A stretch of 64,000 bases of DNA from Spirochaetota bacterium (GCA_963663865.1 OY760686.1:1-64000); one strand, 5' to 3'. Positions 1 through 19,090 are shown, counted from the first letter of the stretch. Notes: generated by a model from the sequence alone, not told the origin. Numbers and translations are program-made.

Positions 1-2903
<2,903 letters not shown>

Positions 2904-3086
2904 ATATTATTATATCTACCTGCGCGAATACACAGATAAACACATTATTTACGTCACGCTCGATCAAATCTTGTCTTAAACAAAAACTGATTACTCGATG
3001 AAATTGCTAAACCTTCTTAGATACTTATCCTCTTAATTAGGCTTAACCGTTTTAAAAGATCTAGTGAATAGTTCCCTATCCACATC

Positions 3087-3159
3087 TGGAGGTGATCAGG
3101 TTCGAACTGACGACCTACTGCGTGCAAGGCAGTTGCTCTCCCAACTGAGCTACACCCCC
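3087..3159 (-). tRNA. tRNA-Ala(UGC), no encoded CCA
   Basis: GGGGGTGTAGCTCAGTTGGGAGAGCAACTGCCTTGCACGCAGTAGGTCGTCAGTTCGAACCTGATCACCTCCA folds as a cloverleaf; lies in the 16S-23S spacer. Confidence 0.97.
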
Positions 3160-3180
3160 CTATGTACTTCCCTTAACAAT

Positions 3181-3254
3181 TGGGCCTGAGTGGAATCGAA
3201 CCACCGACCTTACGATTATCAGTCGTACGCTCTAGCCATCTGAGCTACAGGCCC
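3181..3254 (-). tRNA. tRNA-Ile(GAU)
   Basis: GGGCCTGTAGCTCAGATGGCTAGAGCGTACGACTGATAATCGTAAGGTCGGTGGTTCGATTCCACTCAGGCCCA; anticodon GAT. Confidence 0.97.
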
Positions 3255-3361
3255 CAAAGATTCGATTAACATCTCAAGACTTATCTTTCAGAACCAATCA
3301 TTAAGTCTGACATAGTTCTCTCAAAACTGAGTAGTATACAAAGACAATTGCAAACTTTTCT

Positions 3362-4918
<1,557 letters not shown>

Positions 4919-5191
4919 AATCTATTACTCGTTTAATTCATCGCTAAATTAAATAAAAAAATCAACTTCAGACGTTCGCACTGTCTTTGCTTATTACTAC
5001 TCAGTTTTCAAAGAACTATCTCAACTACCACTTCAATAAGGGATAAAAAAAATCCCTCGCAGGCTAAATCAGGCCTCTACTTCAAACCCAATCTCTCACT
5101 CCCGGGATTCTGACACTTTACTCGGTAAACTTCGCAGCTTATGCAGTAGTTATCAAAAACTTACACCCGACTCACGTCAAGTGTAGAAACG

Positions 5192-5219
5192 ATTTAATTC
5201 ACAGCTACACCACGGTCAA
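5192..5219 (-). promoter_or_regulatory. Putative sigma70 promoter of rRNA operon 1
   Basis: TTGACC-N16-TTAAAT on the minus strand, in the same position as the copy-2 promoter. Confidence 0.6.
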
Positions 5220-5321
5220 GCAAATTTTTTCCAAATCCAGCTTTTTCCGTTAAGCAGCTAAAATAAATCCAGTTAATCCTAAAAAAGAAGATACTCAGAA
5301 GATTTTCGCATCTTTTGATCT

Positions 5322-5351
5322 AAACGCCCGAAGCTTATGCTTCGGGCGTTT
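5322..5351 (-). terminator. Hairpin immediately after the 23S of operon 2 (probable terminator)
   Basis: Perfect 13-bp stem AAACGCCCGAAGC-ATAA-GCTTCGGGCGTTT about 9 nt past the 23S 3' end; U-tract is short. Confidence 0.6.
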
Positions 5352-5359
5352 AATAATAT

Positions 5360-8358
<2,999 letters not shown>

Positions 8359-8541
8359 ATATTATTATATCTACCTGCGCGAATACACAGATAAACACAT
8401 TATTTACGTCACGCTCGATCAAATCTTGTCTTAAACAAAAACTGATTACTCGATGAAATTGCTAAACCTTCTTAGATACTTATCCTCTTAATTAGGCTTA
8501 ACCGTTTTAAAAGATCTAGTGAATAGTTCCCTATCCACATC

Positions 8542-8614
8542 TGGAGGTGATCAGGTTCGAACTGACGACCTACTGCGTGCAAGGCAGTTGCTCTCCCAAC
8601 TGAGCTACACCCCC
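8542..8614 (-). tRNA. tRNA-Ala(UGC)
   Basis: Same sequence as 3087-3159. Confidence 0.97.
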
Positions 8615-8635
8615 CTATGTACTTCCCTTAACAAT

Positions 8636-8709
8636 TGGGCCTGAGTGGAATCGAACCACCGACCTTACGATTATCAGTCGTACGCTCTAGCCATCTGAGC
8701 TACAGGCCC
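8636..8709 (-). tRNA. tRNA-Ile(GAU)
   Basis: Same sequence as 3181-3254. Confidence 0.97.
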
Positions 8710-8816
8710 CAAAGATTCGATTAACATCTCAAGACTTATCTTTCAGAACCAATCATTAAGTCTGACATAGTTCTCTCAAAACTGAGTAGTATACAAAGAC
8801 AATTGCAAACTTTTCT

Positions 8817-10373
<1,557 letters not shown>

Positions 10374-10652
10374 AATCTATTACTCGTTTAATTCATCGCT
10401 AAATTAAATAAAAAAATCAACTTCAGACGTTCGCACTGTCTTTGCTTATTACTACTCAGTTTTCAAAGAACTATCTCAACTACCACTTCAATAAGGGATA
10501 AAAAAAATCCCTCGCAGGCTAAATCAGGCCTCTACTTCAAACCCAATCTCTCACTCCCGGGATTCTGACACTTTACTCGGTAAACTTCGCAGCTTATGCA
10601 GTAGTTATCAAAAACTTACACCCGCACAGCACCACCGTCGAGTGTAGAATCA

Positions 10653-10680
10653 ATTTAATTTGCCCCATCAGAGGCGTCAA
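10653..10680 (-). promoter_or_regulatory. Putative sigma70 promoter of rRNA operon 2
   Basis: TTGACG-N16-TTAAAT; a second TTGACG-N17-TAATGT lies about 100 bp further upstream (P1/P2-like). Confidence 0.6.
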
Positions 10681-10818
10681 CTAAAAATGAAAAATAAATG
10701 AATATTTTCTGTTTTCTGCGGAAGGAACTTCTAATCAGCAGAACAAGTAACACATTATTTATTACGGCATTTCCGTCAAGAAAATTAAGCCCCTTCCAGG
10801 TTTTTTTCGCAGAGCCTC

Positions 10819-11202
10819 TTATTTTTTTCCGGTTTTGATCCCGGCAATAAAAATTCCCGCAATATCTACCTTAACAGTTTTTCTGAGAGGTATCTTATCA
10901 AAAATTTTTTCGTCGCACATCAGGTCCATAATCTGAGACCCGATCTTAGCTTTGACAAGCGGCACCTTGCGTATTTTGTAAACCTTCGGAATCGACTCAA
11001 TGACCGACCGCGGAAGGTTCGCGTTATCAAGTTTATCCTTTCTCTTCTCAAGCACAAGAATTGTGGTAGTCACCTTGTGCTGATCAACCATGGACTGTTG
11101 ATCCGACATTCTTTTTTTAACTTTCTTTCTAATAAAAACAAATCCCGCCGTAAGAGCCGCTACAGCCGCGGCGAGAATCGCGTAAAGATGCCACCATTCC
11201 AT
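10819..11202 (-). CDS. Hypothetical protein with N-terminal membrane anchor
   Basis: 127-aa ORF with a GGGGGA RBS, a hydrophobic N-terminus and a basic soluble domain. Confidence 0.8.
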   Translation of the reverse strand: MEWWHLYAILAAAVAALTAGFVFIRKKVKKRMSDQQSMVDQHKVTTTILVLEKRKDKLDNANLPRSVIESIPKVYKIRKVPLVKAKIGSQIMDLMCDEKIFDKIPLRKTVKVDIAGIFIAGIKTGKK

Positions 11203-11302
11203 ATAGTTTCCCCCAAATAAATGGTATTCCTATAACAGCCCGTCCTAATACGTCAAGTCAATATCAACACCGTGCCCCTTTTCCCACAATTGAATTCAAT
11301 TC

Positions 11303-11429
11303 GGGCGTCTCCCCCGGCGGGACCTGAAAGAGTGCGGACAGATCATTCAAGAGAAACATTTCAACCCCGGGCCGCGCTTTCGCCTTAAAAACCCGCCTCA
11401 CGGCGGGTTTCCGGCTCAATCGCTGACGC
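11303..11429 (-). ncRNA. Flavo-1-like structured RNA or palindromic repeat element
   Basis: Minus strand GCGTCAGCGATTGAGCCGGAAACCCGCC-gtga-GGCGGGTTTTTAAGGCGAAAGCGCGGCCCGG...CCGGGGGAGACGCCC resembles the Flavo-1 layout (GCGTTAGGGAT...AGCCCGACC...GGGGAACGCCC) as I recall it; not searched. Confidence 0.5.
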
Positions 11430-11469
11430 GGGAACTTATGATCAACTGAACAACAAATAATCAGATCCG

Positions 11470-11979
11470 CTATTTTTCAATCACAACAAGATCACGAAAT
11501 TCAATCTCGCTCCAGGCGCCAACCATGCTCATCTCGTCAGTATCCATTTGTATGAAGATATTTACAGGATTGTGTTTTTCTCCATATTCAACATCTATTG
11601 TTACAAAATCGTAAACACCTTCATCATAGTCTTTCCACTCGAGATATGTGTCGTATATTTTTTGGAATATTCCATCAATTGAATCCTCATACACTCCATT
11701 GCCATGATAGTCTTCCAAATATTCAACAGAAACACACTCACCATTTTCAACAGTGCATTTAATCGGATCGCCTGGTACATAAAGATATTCCTGGACGAAA
11801 CTGTAATTCTGAATATTCAGTTCTTCCCATGCAGCTTTTTGTGAAGTGAACTCAGTCAAGTCAAAGTTGATTTTGAATTCTGAAGCAGTGGGTTCAGAAT
11901 CGTCCCCATCATCACATGCTGATATTACAGTAAAAAGCAATACACAAATGATAACTCTTAGCACTTTTGAACTCTTCAT
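11470..11979 (-). CDS. Lipoprotein, DUF6174-like
   Basis: Re-started at ATG 11979 (GGGGGA RBS); signal peptide MKSSKVLRVIICVLLFTVISAC; motif KAAWEELNIQNYSF. Confidence 0.75.
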   Translation of the reverse strand: MKSSKVLRVIICVLLFTVISACDDGDDSEPTASEFKINFDLTEFTSQKAAWEELNIQNYSFVQEYLYVPGDPIKCTVENGECVSVEYLEDYHGNGVYEDSIDGIFQKIYDTYLEWKDYDEGVYDFVTIDVEYGEKHNPVNIFIQMDTDEMSMVGAWSEIEFRDLVVIEK

Positions 11980-11989
11980 ATAAATCCCC

Positions 11990-13430
11990 CTATCTTGAAA
12001 TATTTGTAAGAATCGTAACATTAAGATCGTAATATGATGAAGCCGTTCCGGTTGGAGCATCTGGGAAATAAAGATAATCAGGATGAGGAACGTTTCTGGT
12101 ATCAAACACTCCATCTCTATAATACCCATTACAACTACCGTTCCAACCCAGGTTGCAATGAACATAATCAGCAGTCACCAGAACCGGAACCACATATCCG
12201 TTAACTTTCATATTACAGCTCATATTAGCGTATCCGTCTACAACCCAGGCATGGCCAACATTTTTTTCTTTATTAACGTTATAATACCATCCCCATATCA
12301 TAACAGGGCTATCTTGTTGAATTGACACTTGAATCGAAGCATAATTGTATTCTTCTGATTCGTTTGGTGCGATATAACCCATAGCATTGAAGCATGGAAT
12401 ATAGTAAGCAGGAGCTGCACCACTTCCAAGAATAGTATAATTCATATTGACATTAACGCCAATTTCACGCATTAGTGTTGCTATGGCATTTCTGGCATCG
12501 ACCATGTCATATGGCAAATTCGAAGCTTTTCGCTCCGACTTCATTTCAGACCAGACATATTCAACTTCTTCATAACCTTCGAGATTACTCCAGGTCGGCC
12601 ATTCATGATAAGCCATTATTTGCGCAATTGCAGTTGCCACACATCCGACGGGATAGCTTTCCCCATCACCGATCTCTTCATTAACTACTGTATTATACGG
12701 CCAACCCTGCCCCCACCACGTGCGATAGCTCAAATCCACTGCATCGCCTGAATTATAGATCCAGTTAGCAAACTCCAATCCGACAGTGCCATCTCTAGTC
12801 AATGCCTGAGAACCCCCATCCTGAGCAATTGACGTCTTTATATCTTTAACTTCTTCATCAGTCACTCCGTTATATATATCAACTGTCTCAGCTACATATT
12901 CCGAGAGCTTTGAATAAAACAGGTTTTGAAATTCCGGGATTTCTTCAAGATGCCCTGTCTCCGCAATTGCGATAATATTACCTACCCGCACATCTCCACA
13001 GGTCAGTGCAAAGCCGGTATCCCCTGTCTCTGGATTCTCAAGAGTAAACTCATAGAATGGGATTTCTGGACTATCTTCGGACGGGAGTTGAGCGTTTTTA
13101 TTCAGACCGAATTTTTCTTTAAATCCGGTTTTCGGAACACAGGTTACATCTTTAACTTCGGTAATCTGAGGAAGAACAACTGATGAGCCTTTTGTGAGAG
13201 GTTTTTGTGCCGCAAGGAAGTCTGTGACCATCCCTTTGAGGCTTTCAACGTCGGTACGGTGATCTTCAACAAGATGGCACATGGTCAGATAATGCTTTCG
13301 GGCTTCATAAGAATCATTCGCCTGGTTAGCTGAGTTTGTTTCTTCGCCATTACAGCCAAATAGAAATGCAGTAAGCAGCAAGAGAGAGAGAGAGAGAGAG
13401 AGAGAGAGGCAGCTTCAAAAACAGTTTCAT
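11990..13430 (-). CDS. C10-family (streptopain/SpeB-like) cysteine protease lipoprotein; frameshifted in a (CT)14 tract after ATG 13430
   Basis: Catalytic motifs PVGCVATAIAQIMAYH, GHAWVVDGY and HCNLGWNG; lipobox FLFGC; the AGGAGG RBS precedes ATG 13430, which is out of frame with the 11990-13381 ORF. Confidence 0.85.
13381..13408. repeat. (AG)14 / (CT)14 simple sequence repeat within the signal-peptide coding region
   Basis: 28 consecutive alternating AG bases counted directly. Confidence 0.97.
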
Positions 13431-13582
13431 TGAATATCCTCCTGAGGTTGTATTATAACATAATTGATTCACTTTGAAAACACGAAGTCAATGTTTAATC
13501 TGCCTCAAGACTCCTGATTATTGATATCAGCTTTTAGGAATTCTGTTGTTGTGAATTAATCTATAAAACCGGCGGCAGGGCC

Positions 13583-13620
13583 CCGCGCTTTCGCCTTAAA
13601 AACCCGCCTCTCGGCGGGTT
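13583..13620 (-). repeat. Partial second copy of the Flavo-1-like element
   Basis: CCGCGCTTTCGCCTTAAAAACCCGCCTCTCGGCGGGTT matches 11372-11409 at 37 of 38 positions. Confidence 0.85.
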
Positions 13621-13656
13621 GATAAGATAAAAACAAAGTACCAGTTCAAATAGTTA

Positions 13657-14238
13657 TTATTCATCCAAAAGATGAAGACCGAAAGGATCGAAACTTGCTA
13701 TCCCAACGCTTCTGGATAACAGCCCCTTTTCATCTCCATAGTACACACAGATATCAACCGACCATGGGAAATTGTATTCGGTATCATAATTCACTTCTAT
13801 AAAAAGTTTTTCATCAACGCCCTCCGGCCTGGGTGCAGTAAACCAGTACAGATACTCTTTCAATATAAAATCATAGATTTCATCTACTGATTTAAAAAAT
13901 AATTTTTCTCCATTCACCTCAGGCTTGCCTTCTTTTATAAGCATCCCGTAGAAACTGCCGTATTCAACACCAACTACGGTTCTCGTGTTATTTTCTTCAA
14001 ATCCGTCAATCTTATGATAAGTGAGATCAAATGAGTAAGTATTAATTCCGTTCCTTTCCCACGCGGCCCTGTTGTTCAAATAATCCTCAAGAGAAAAAAC
14101 TACACTAAATTTTCCTGTAACAACTGTGTTGTCACCATCATCGTCACTGCTGTCATTGATGTCACTGCTATCACATGCAGTAAATGCGAGCAGCGAAAAA
14201 GAACAAAGGATTACAACTTTGCAAATTCTTAGACTCAT
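13657..14238 (-). CDS. Lipoprotein, DUF6174-like (paralog of 11470-11979)
   Basis: Lipobox LLAFTAC; motif RAAWERNGINTYSF; SVDEIYDFI matches SIDGIFQKI of the paralog. Confidence 0.75.
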   Translation of the reverse strand: MSLRICKVVILCSFSLLAFTACDSSDINDSSDDDGDNTVVTGKFSVVFSLEDYLNNRAAWERNGINTYSFDLTYHKIDGFEENNTRTVVGVEYGSFYGMLIKEGKPEVNGEKLFFKSVDEIYDFILKEYLYWFTAPRPEGVDEKLFIEVNYDTEYNFPWSVDICVYYGDEKGLLSRSVGIASFDPFGLHLLDE

Positions 14239-14534
14239 TTAATCCCTCATATAAGCATTTATATTATGCATCACGTCTTTTCAGTAAACTGATATTTCCA
14301 ACATAAGGCAATCGTCTAAACGAATATTCAAACAATATTCCGGGAAACACCGCTGCACCTTGACTACTGCAATCAATATTTATGCCAAATTATATTTCAA
14401 GTTTTTTTAGTCAAATATCCTTGAAATAAAAACAGCATTTCTGATACTTGATTTATTGTATTGTTATTATAAACTGTAATTGCGCTGGGGCCAGGCGATA
14501 TCCCCCTCAAAATGAAAACACCCGGAGGCTGAAG

Positions 14535-15470
14535 GTGAACGAAGAAACTAAAATCATACTACTCGGAACAGGAGCAGTCGGAAGCTACTTCTGCGGCAGG
14601 CTCTCGAAGACCGGCGTTAAAGTCTGCGCTGTCTGCAGGTCAGACTTTGATGAAGTCAGTCACAGCGGGATACATATCAGGAGCGTGGAAGGCGATTTTA
14701 CGTTTACTCCGGATGAAACCGTCCGGCATGCGAAGGACTGTTCATTTGACGCGGACTACATTGTAATCGCAACCAAGGCACTGCCTGATATAGACCTGCC
14801 GTCCCTGATCAATCCTGCTGTTAAACCGAATACGGCCATAGTCCTTATTCAGAACGGCATAGACATAGAAGAACCGCTCTACAAAGCGTTTCCTGAAAAT
14901 GAGATAATAAGCGGTATCGCCTTTATTGCCGTCAGCCGTGAAAGCTACGGAACAGTCAATCACATGGACTTCGGAAGAATCACCCTGGGCAGCTTTCCTG
15001 CAGGCGTCAGCGATAAAACAAAAAAGCTCGGTTCGCTCTTTGAGTATGCCGGCGTTCCGTGCATACTCGATGAGAACATCAGGTCTGCAAGATGGAAAAA
15101 ACTGATATGGAACATTCCTTACAACCCAATCTCAGTTCTTGCAGGACAGGTAACAACAGAAGACATGATGGCAACGCCTGAAAACGTAGAAACCATACGC
15201 AGAGTCATGAAAGAGGTCACTGCGGCAGCCGCTTCAGACGGATGTCCTCTGAGCGATGATATTATTGAGAAGAACCTCTCTGACACTGCCGGCATGCCAC
15301 CATATAAACCGAGCATGCTTCTCGACTATGAGAACCGCCGTCCGATGGAGGTAGAAGCAATTGTCGGCAATGCCCTGAGAATAGCGGAAAAAAACGGAGT
15401 CGAAACTCCGCTCATCTCTTTCATATATTCTCTGCTTTTAATCGCCGACAGAACCAACGCAAAACGGTGA
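14535..15470 (+). CDS. panE: 2-dehydropantoate 2-reductase (ketopantoate reductase)
   Basis: GTGAVGSYF Rossmann motif, IQNG, WKKLIWN, PSMLLD...E; GTG start after a GGAGG RBS. Confidence 0.9.
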   Translation: MNEETKIILLGTGAVGSYFCGRLSKTGVKVCAVCRSDFDEVSHSGIHIRSVEGDFTFTPDETVRHAKDCSFDADYIVIATKALPDIDLPSLINPAVKPNTAIVLIQNGIDIEEPLYKAFPENEIISGIAFIAVSRESYGTVNHMDFGRITLGSFPAGVSDKTKKLGSLFEYAGVPCILDENIRSARWKKLIWNIPYNPISVLAGQVTTEDMMATPENVETIRRVMKEVTAAAASDGCPLSDDIIEKNLSDTAGMPPYKPSMLLDYENRRPMEVEAIVGNALRIAEKNGVETPLISFIYSLLLIADRTNAKR

Positions 15471-15478
15471 TACGATAC

Positions 15479-16336
15479 TCAACGATGTCTCTTCTTGAAA
15501 CGGGCCCTTGTTATCATGCCGGAAGTGTTTAGCAGAAGAACAAGCATAATAAGCACAATAGCCGTCCCGTACTGGATGTGCCTTGTCTCCTGAATATATG
15601 TCCCGGCAGTGGCCATTACATAGATGTGATACGGCAAAGCCATAACCTCATCAAAGACCGTCTCCGCCAGGTCTGGCGTAAAGTAAGCAGCAGCGGTAAA
15701 CATTATAGGCGCTGTTTCTCCTGCTGCCCTTCCGAGCGACAGTATCACTCCGGTCATTATGCCCGGCAGCGCGTTGGGAAGCACTATCTTCCTTATGGTC
15801 TGCCACTTTGTAGCGCCCAGAGAAAGCGAAGCCGCTCTGTATGTGTTCGGCACAGTCATCAGAGCCTCTTCAGTTGAGCGTATGATTACCGGCATATTGA
15901 GTATGCCAAGGGTCAGCGAGCCCGCAAGTATAGAAGTACCGAAGTCGAGGAAAACAACGAACAGGCTCAGTCCGAACAGGCCGAAGACAACTGAAGGGAC
16001 GCCTGCGAGATTGTTCACCCCAAGCCTGATAATCTTCACTGCCTTAGGGCTTGTCGCGTATTCATTGAGATAGATTGCTGTAATTATACCGACCGGTATT
16101 GACACAAGGCTGGCTCCGATCATAAGGTATAGAGTCCCCATAATCGCGGGGAATATCCCCCCCTTTGTCATTTCATCGTATGGAGCAGATGATATAAATT
16201 CCCACGAGAGCGCCGAAAAACCGCTCTTAATGATATATCCAAGCATGAAGATTAGGAAAAGTATTACCGAAAAGGACAGCACCCTGAGAAGAGTGAACAT
16301 GACCTTTTCGTATAAGTCTGCGTATTTTCTTTTCAT
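15479..16336 (-). CDS. pstA: Phosphate ABC transporter permease PstA
   Basis: GGIFPAIMGT, LAGVPSVVFGLFG, GRAAGETAP. Confidence 0.95.
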   Translation of the reverse strand: MKRKYADLYEKVMFTLLRVLSFSVILFLIFMLGYIIKSGFSALSWEFISSAPYDEMTKGGIFPAIMGTLYLMIGASLVSIPVGIITAIYLNEYATSPKAVKIIRLGVNNLAGVPSVVFGLFGLSLFVVFLDFGTSILAGSLTLGILNMPVIIRSTEEALMTVPNTYRAASLSLGATKWQTIRKIVLPNALPGIMTGVILSLGRAAGETAPIMFTAAAYFTPDLAETVFDEVMALPYHIYVMATAGTYIQETRHIQYGTAIVLIMLVLLLNTSGMITRARFKKRHR

Positions 16337-16358
16337 TTTTATTTCCGTTTCCTGCAGT

Positions 16359-17285
16359 CTAATGGGTTTTAAACTTGTATCTATTTGACAGATAGTCCGC
16401 TATCAGATTAAAAACAAAGGTTATAACAAAGAGCACAATTGCTATCGCGAAAAGAGCATGGTAGTGAGCGCCCCCGACCTCTGCCTCAGCCATCTCAGCC
16501 GCGATGTTTGAGGTTAGCGGTCTTACCGCGGAAAAGATCGAATCCGGCATAATAGAAGCCCCTCCCGCAACCATAAGTACAACCATCGTCTCGCCTATCA
16601 CCCTTGATATCCCCAGAATAATAGATGTCCATATTCCCGAGAGAGAAGCTGGCAGTGTCACGTGAAATATAGTCTGCCACCTGTTTGCTCCCAGCGCGTA
16701 TGAAGCCTCCTTGAGAGAAATAGGAACAGAAGAAATCGCGTCTTCAGATATACTCGCTATTGTCGGTATTGCCATAAACGCAAGCATAAGGGAGGCATTG
16801 AACAGGTTAAGTCCCGTATCGATTCCAAAGGTATTTTGAAGAAACGGAGCGACAACAACCATACCGAAAAAACCGATTATTACGGACGGTATTGATGCGA
16901 TAAGCTCAATTGTCGGCTTGATCACCTCTCTTACAGAAGGCCTCGCAATTTCAGAGAGATAGATAGCGACGGCAAGACTCAGCGGGACGGCTATAATTGA
17001 TGCAAGAAGCGTCACAGACATCGATGCGACTATGAGTGTCAGAATACCGAATCTTGGATTATCGCTTGTGGGATACCACTCTGTACCAGTGATAAAATCC
17101 CTTACGGACACAGTTTCGAATATGGGGATTCCTTCCTTGAACAGAAACAGCATTATCAGCAAAAGCAGCGAAATGCAGCTGAAAGCGATCAACAGAAACA
17201 TTTTGCTTACTATTGCATCAAGTATTATGCTTCTATGCGGCTTGACGGCCTTCATTTTTTTTGTAACTTTCTGTTTTAATGTCAT
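16359..17285 (-). CDS. pstC: Phosphate ABC transporter permease PstC
   Basis: ELIASIPSVIIGFFG, SRVIGETMVVLMVAG. Confidence 0.95.
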   Translation of the reverse strand: MTLKQKVTKKMKAVKPHRSIILDAIVSKMFLLIAFSCISLLLLIMLFLFKEGIPIFETVSVRDFITGTEWYPTSDNPRFGILTLIVASMSVTLLASIIAVPLSLAVAIYLSEIARPSVREVIKPTIELIASIPSVIIGFFGMVVVAPFLQNTFGIDTGLNLFNASLMLAFMAIPTIASISEDAISSVPISLKEASYALGANRWQTIFHVTLPASLSGIWTSIILGISRVIGETMVVLMVAGGASIMPDSIFSAVRPLTSNIAAEMAEAEVGGAHYHALFAIAIVLFVITFVFNLIADYLSNRYKFKTH

Positions 17286-17350
17286 TACTATTACCTGTTT
17301 TTCTTCATTGCACCGGATTATTAACTACCGACCATAGCTTAAATCATAGC

Positions 17351-19090
17351 TCAGCTTTCTATCTTTACTAAAAACACCGTTCCGCCGGGTTGTGATGAGC
17401 TGACAACAATTTTCCAGCCCATAAGCTCTACCGCGTGTTTTACTATTGAAAGCCCCAGCCCGGTTCCTCCGGTGGCTCTCGACCTGCTCTTGTCTACCCT
17501 GAAGAACCTTTCGAATACACGGTCAAGAGAATCCTCAGGTATCCCTATTCCGTCGTCCCTGACTCTTAATATTGTCGTCGAACCTTCTTTTTCTGAACTC
17601 ACCTCAACAACGCCGCCGGGACGATTGTAGTTTATTGCGTTGTCTATCAGGTTAAAGAATATCTCTTCAGCCAGAAACGCACTTCCCTTCACCTTCAGAA
17701 CATCCTGTCCGAGATTTACTGACAGCTTTACGTTTTTTCTTGATGCCTTATGAGCAAGAAGGTCGGCACATCCCTTCACCGTAGCGGCAAGATCAACATT
17801 TTCAAACTCTACATCACCCGATGTCTCAAGCATGTTGAGCTTCAGAATATCATTTACCAGAGCGTTCTGCCTGTCAGCGTTTTCTATTGCCTTTACAATG
17901 AAATCTCTGGCCATGTCCGAATCGTTTATGTTTTCATAAATTGTCTCAAGATAGCCCTTCATTATGGTAATTGGCGTTTTGAGCTCATGTGACATGTTTG
18001 CGACCAGATCGACCTTTAACTGCTCAATTTTTTTCTTTTCAGTGATGTCCCGCAGAACAACAAGTATACCCATCAGTGTTCCTTCTTCAGATATTGGTTT
18101 GATGGATATATCACACAGAACACCCGACACAAGCCTTTCCTCGAATTGTACAGCCTTGCCTCCTGTGACAGCATATTCAATTTTCGCGTTGAGAAGCCTG
18201 CTCCGTATTACTTCGAAAAACAGAAATCCGACCGGATCACGCCGATACTCAAAAAGTCCGTTAAACGCGCTGTTAGAGATAATAATTCTTCTGTCCGTTC
18301 CGATTACGGCAATACCCGAACTAATCGTTTCAAGCGTTATCTTAAGCTTATTCTGTTCAAACACAAGGCTGTTTATTTTTTCCACTATCGTATCAGCAAG
18401 CCTGTTAAGAGACATCTGAAGAATTCCTATTTCATCATCGCTGTAATTCATTATACGGCTTTCGGTATCTCCCTCCGCGAATCGTCTCGCGAAAAGAATA
18501 GCGGTATTAATTGACGCTGTAACCCTCCGAGACAGAAACACGATGAGCAAAATGCCCGCGGCGGCTGTAACCAGCCCGACAATGGTTATCCGCCCGTTAA
18601 TTGAATTTAAATTTTCCTTTATTTGATTTATTGGTTTAGCAAGCCTGAGGACAACATTGCCATTCACCGAGGCCATGTACAGCAGGTCCTTCTTCAGGGT
18701 TTGACTGTACCTCTCTGAGTACCCTTCGCCGGAAGATATTGCATCTCGGATCTCCTGCCTGTATAGATGGTTTTCCATTAACTCGGGCTTTTCAACATCA
18801 GAGTCGGCTATGACCCGCCCATTCATGTCAACCACCGTCACCCTTAGCCCGGTCATTCTTGAGATATCGTAAACAAGCTTTTTCTTTTTACCGAAGGACC
18901 GCCAGTCTCCGCTTTCCCACCTGTCTATGGACAATCTGATTAGATTAAGCTTGGAGTGCATTTCTTCCTTGATTAGTTCCATGTGATTCTGATTAACGAT
19001 TCCATGAAGCAGAAGAACAAGCGGCATTATCATCGCTATGATGAGAATTGAAAAATATGCTATAATCTTGTGGCTGAGCCGGGTGAACAT
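17351..19090 (-). CDS. phoR: Sensor histidine kinase PhoR-like (HAMP/PAS/HisKA/HATPase)
   Basis: ANMSHELKTP H-box, NLIDNAINYN, DDGIGIP, GGTGLGLSI; pho context. Confidence 0.9.
   Translation of the reverse strand: MFTRLSHKIIAYFSILIIAMIMPLVLLLHGIVNQNHMELIKEEMHSKLNLIRLSIDRWESGDWRSFGKKKKLVYDISRMTGLRVTVVDMNGRVIADSDVEKPELMENHLYRQEIRDAISSGEGYSERYSQTLKKDLLYMASVNGNVVLRLAKPINQIKENLNSINGRITIVGLVTAAAGILLIVFLSRRVTASINTAILFARRFAEGDTESRIMNYSDDEIGILQMSLNRLADTIVEKINSLVFEQNKLKITLETISSGIAVIGTDRRIIISNSAFNGLFEYRRDPVGFLFFEVIRSRLLNAKIEYAVTGGKAVQFEERLVSGVLCDISIKPISEEGTLMGILVVLRDITEKKKIEQLKVDLVANMSHELKTPITIMKGYLETIYENINDSDMARDFIVKAIENADRQNALVNDILKLNMLETSGDVEFENVDLAATVKGCADLLAHKASRKNVKLSVNLGQDVLKVKGSAFLAEEIFFNLIDNAINYNRPGGVVEVSSEKEGSTTILRVRDDGIGIPEDSLDRVFERFFRVDKSRSRATGGTGLGLSIVKHAVELMGWKIVVSSSQPGGTVFLVKIES

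Noticed and set aside
11980-12165. N-terminal extension of ORF 11470-12165
   Set aside because: It overlaps the C10 protease 3' end; the RBS and lipoprotein signal point to ATG 11979.
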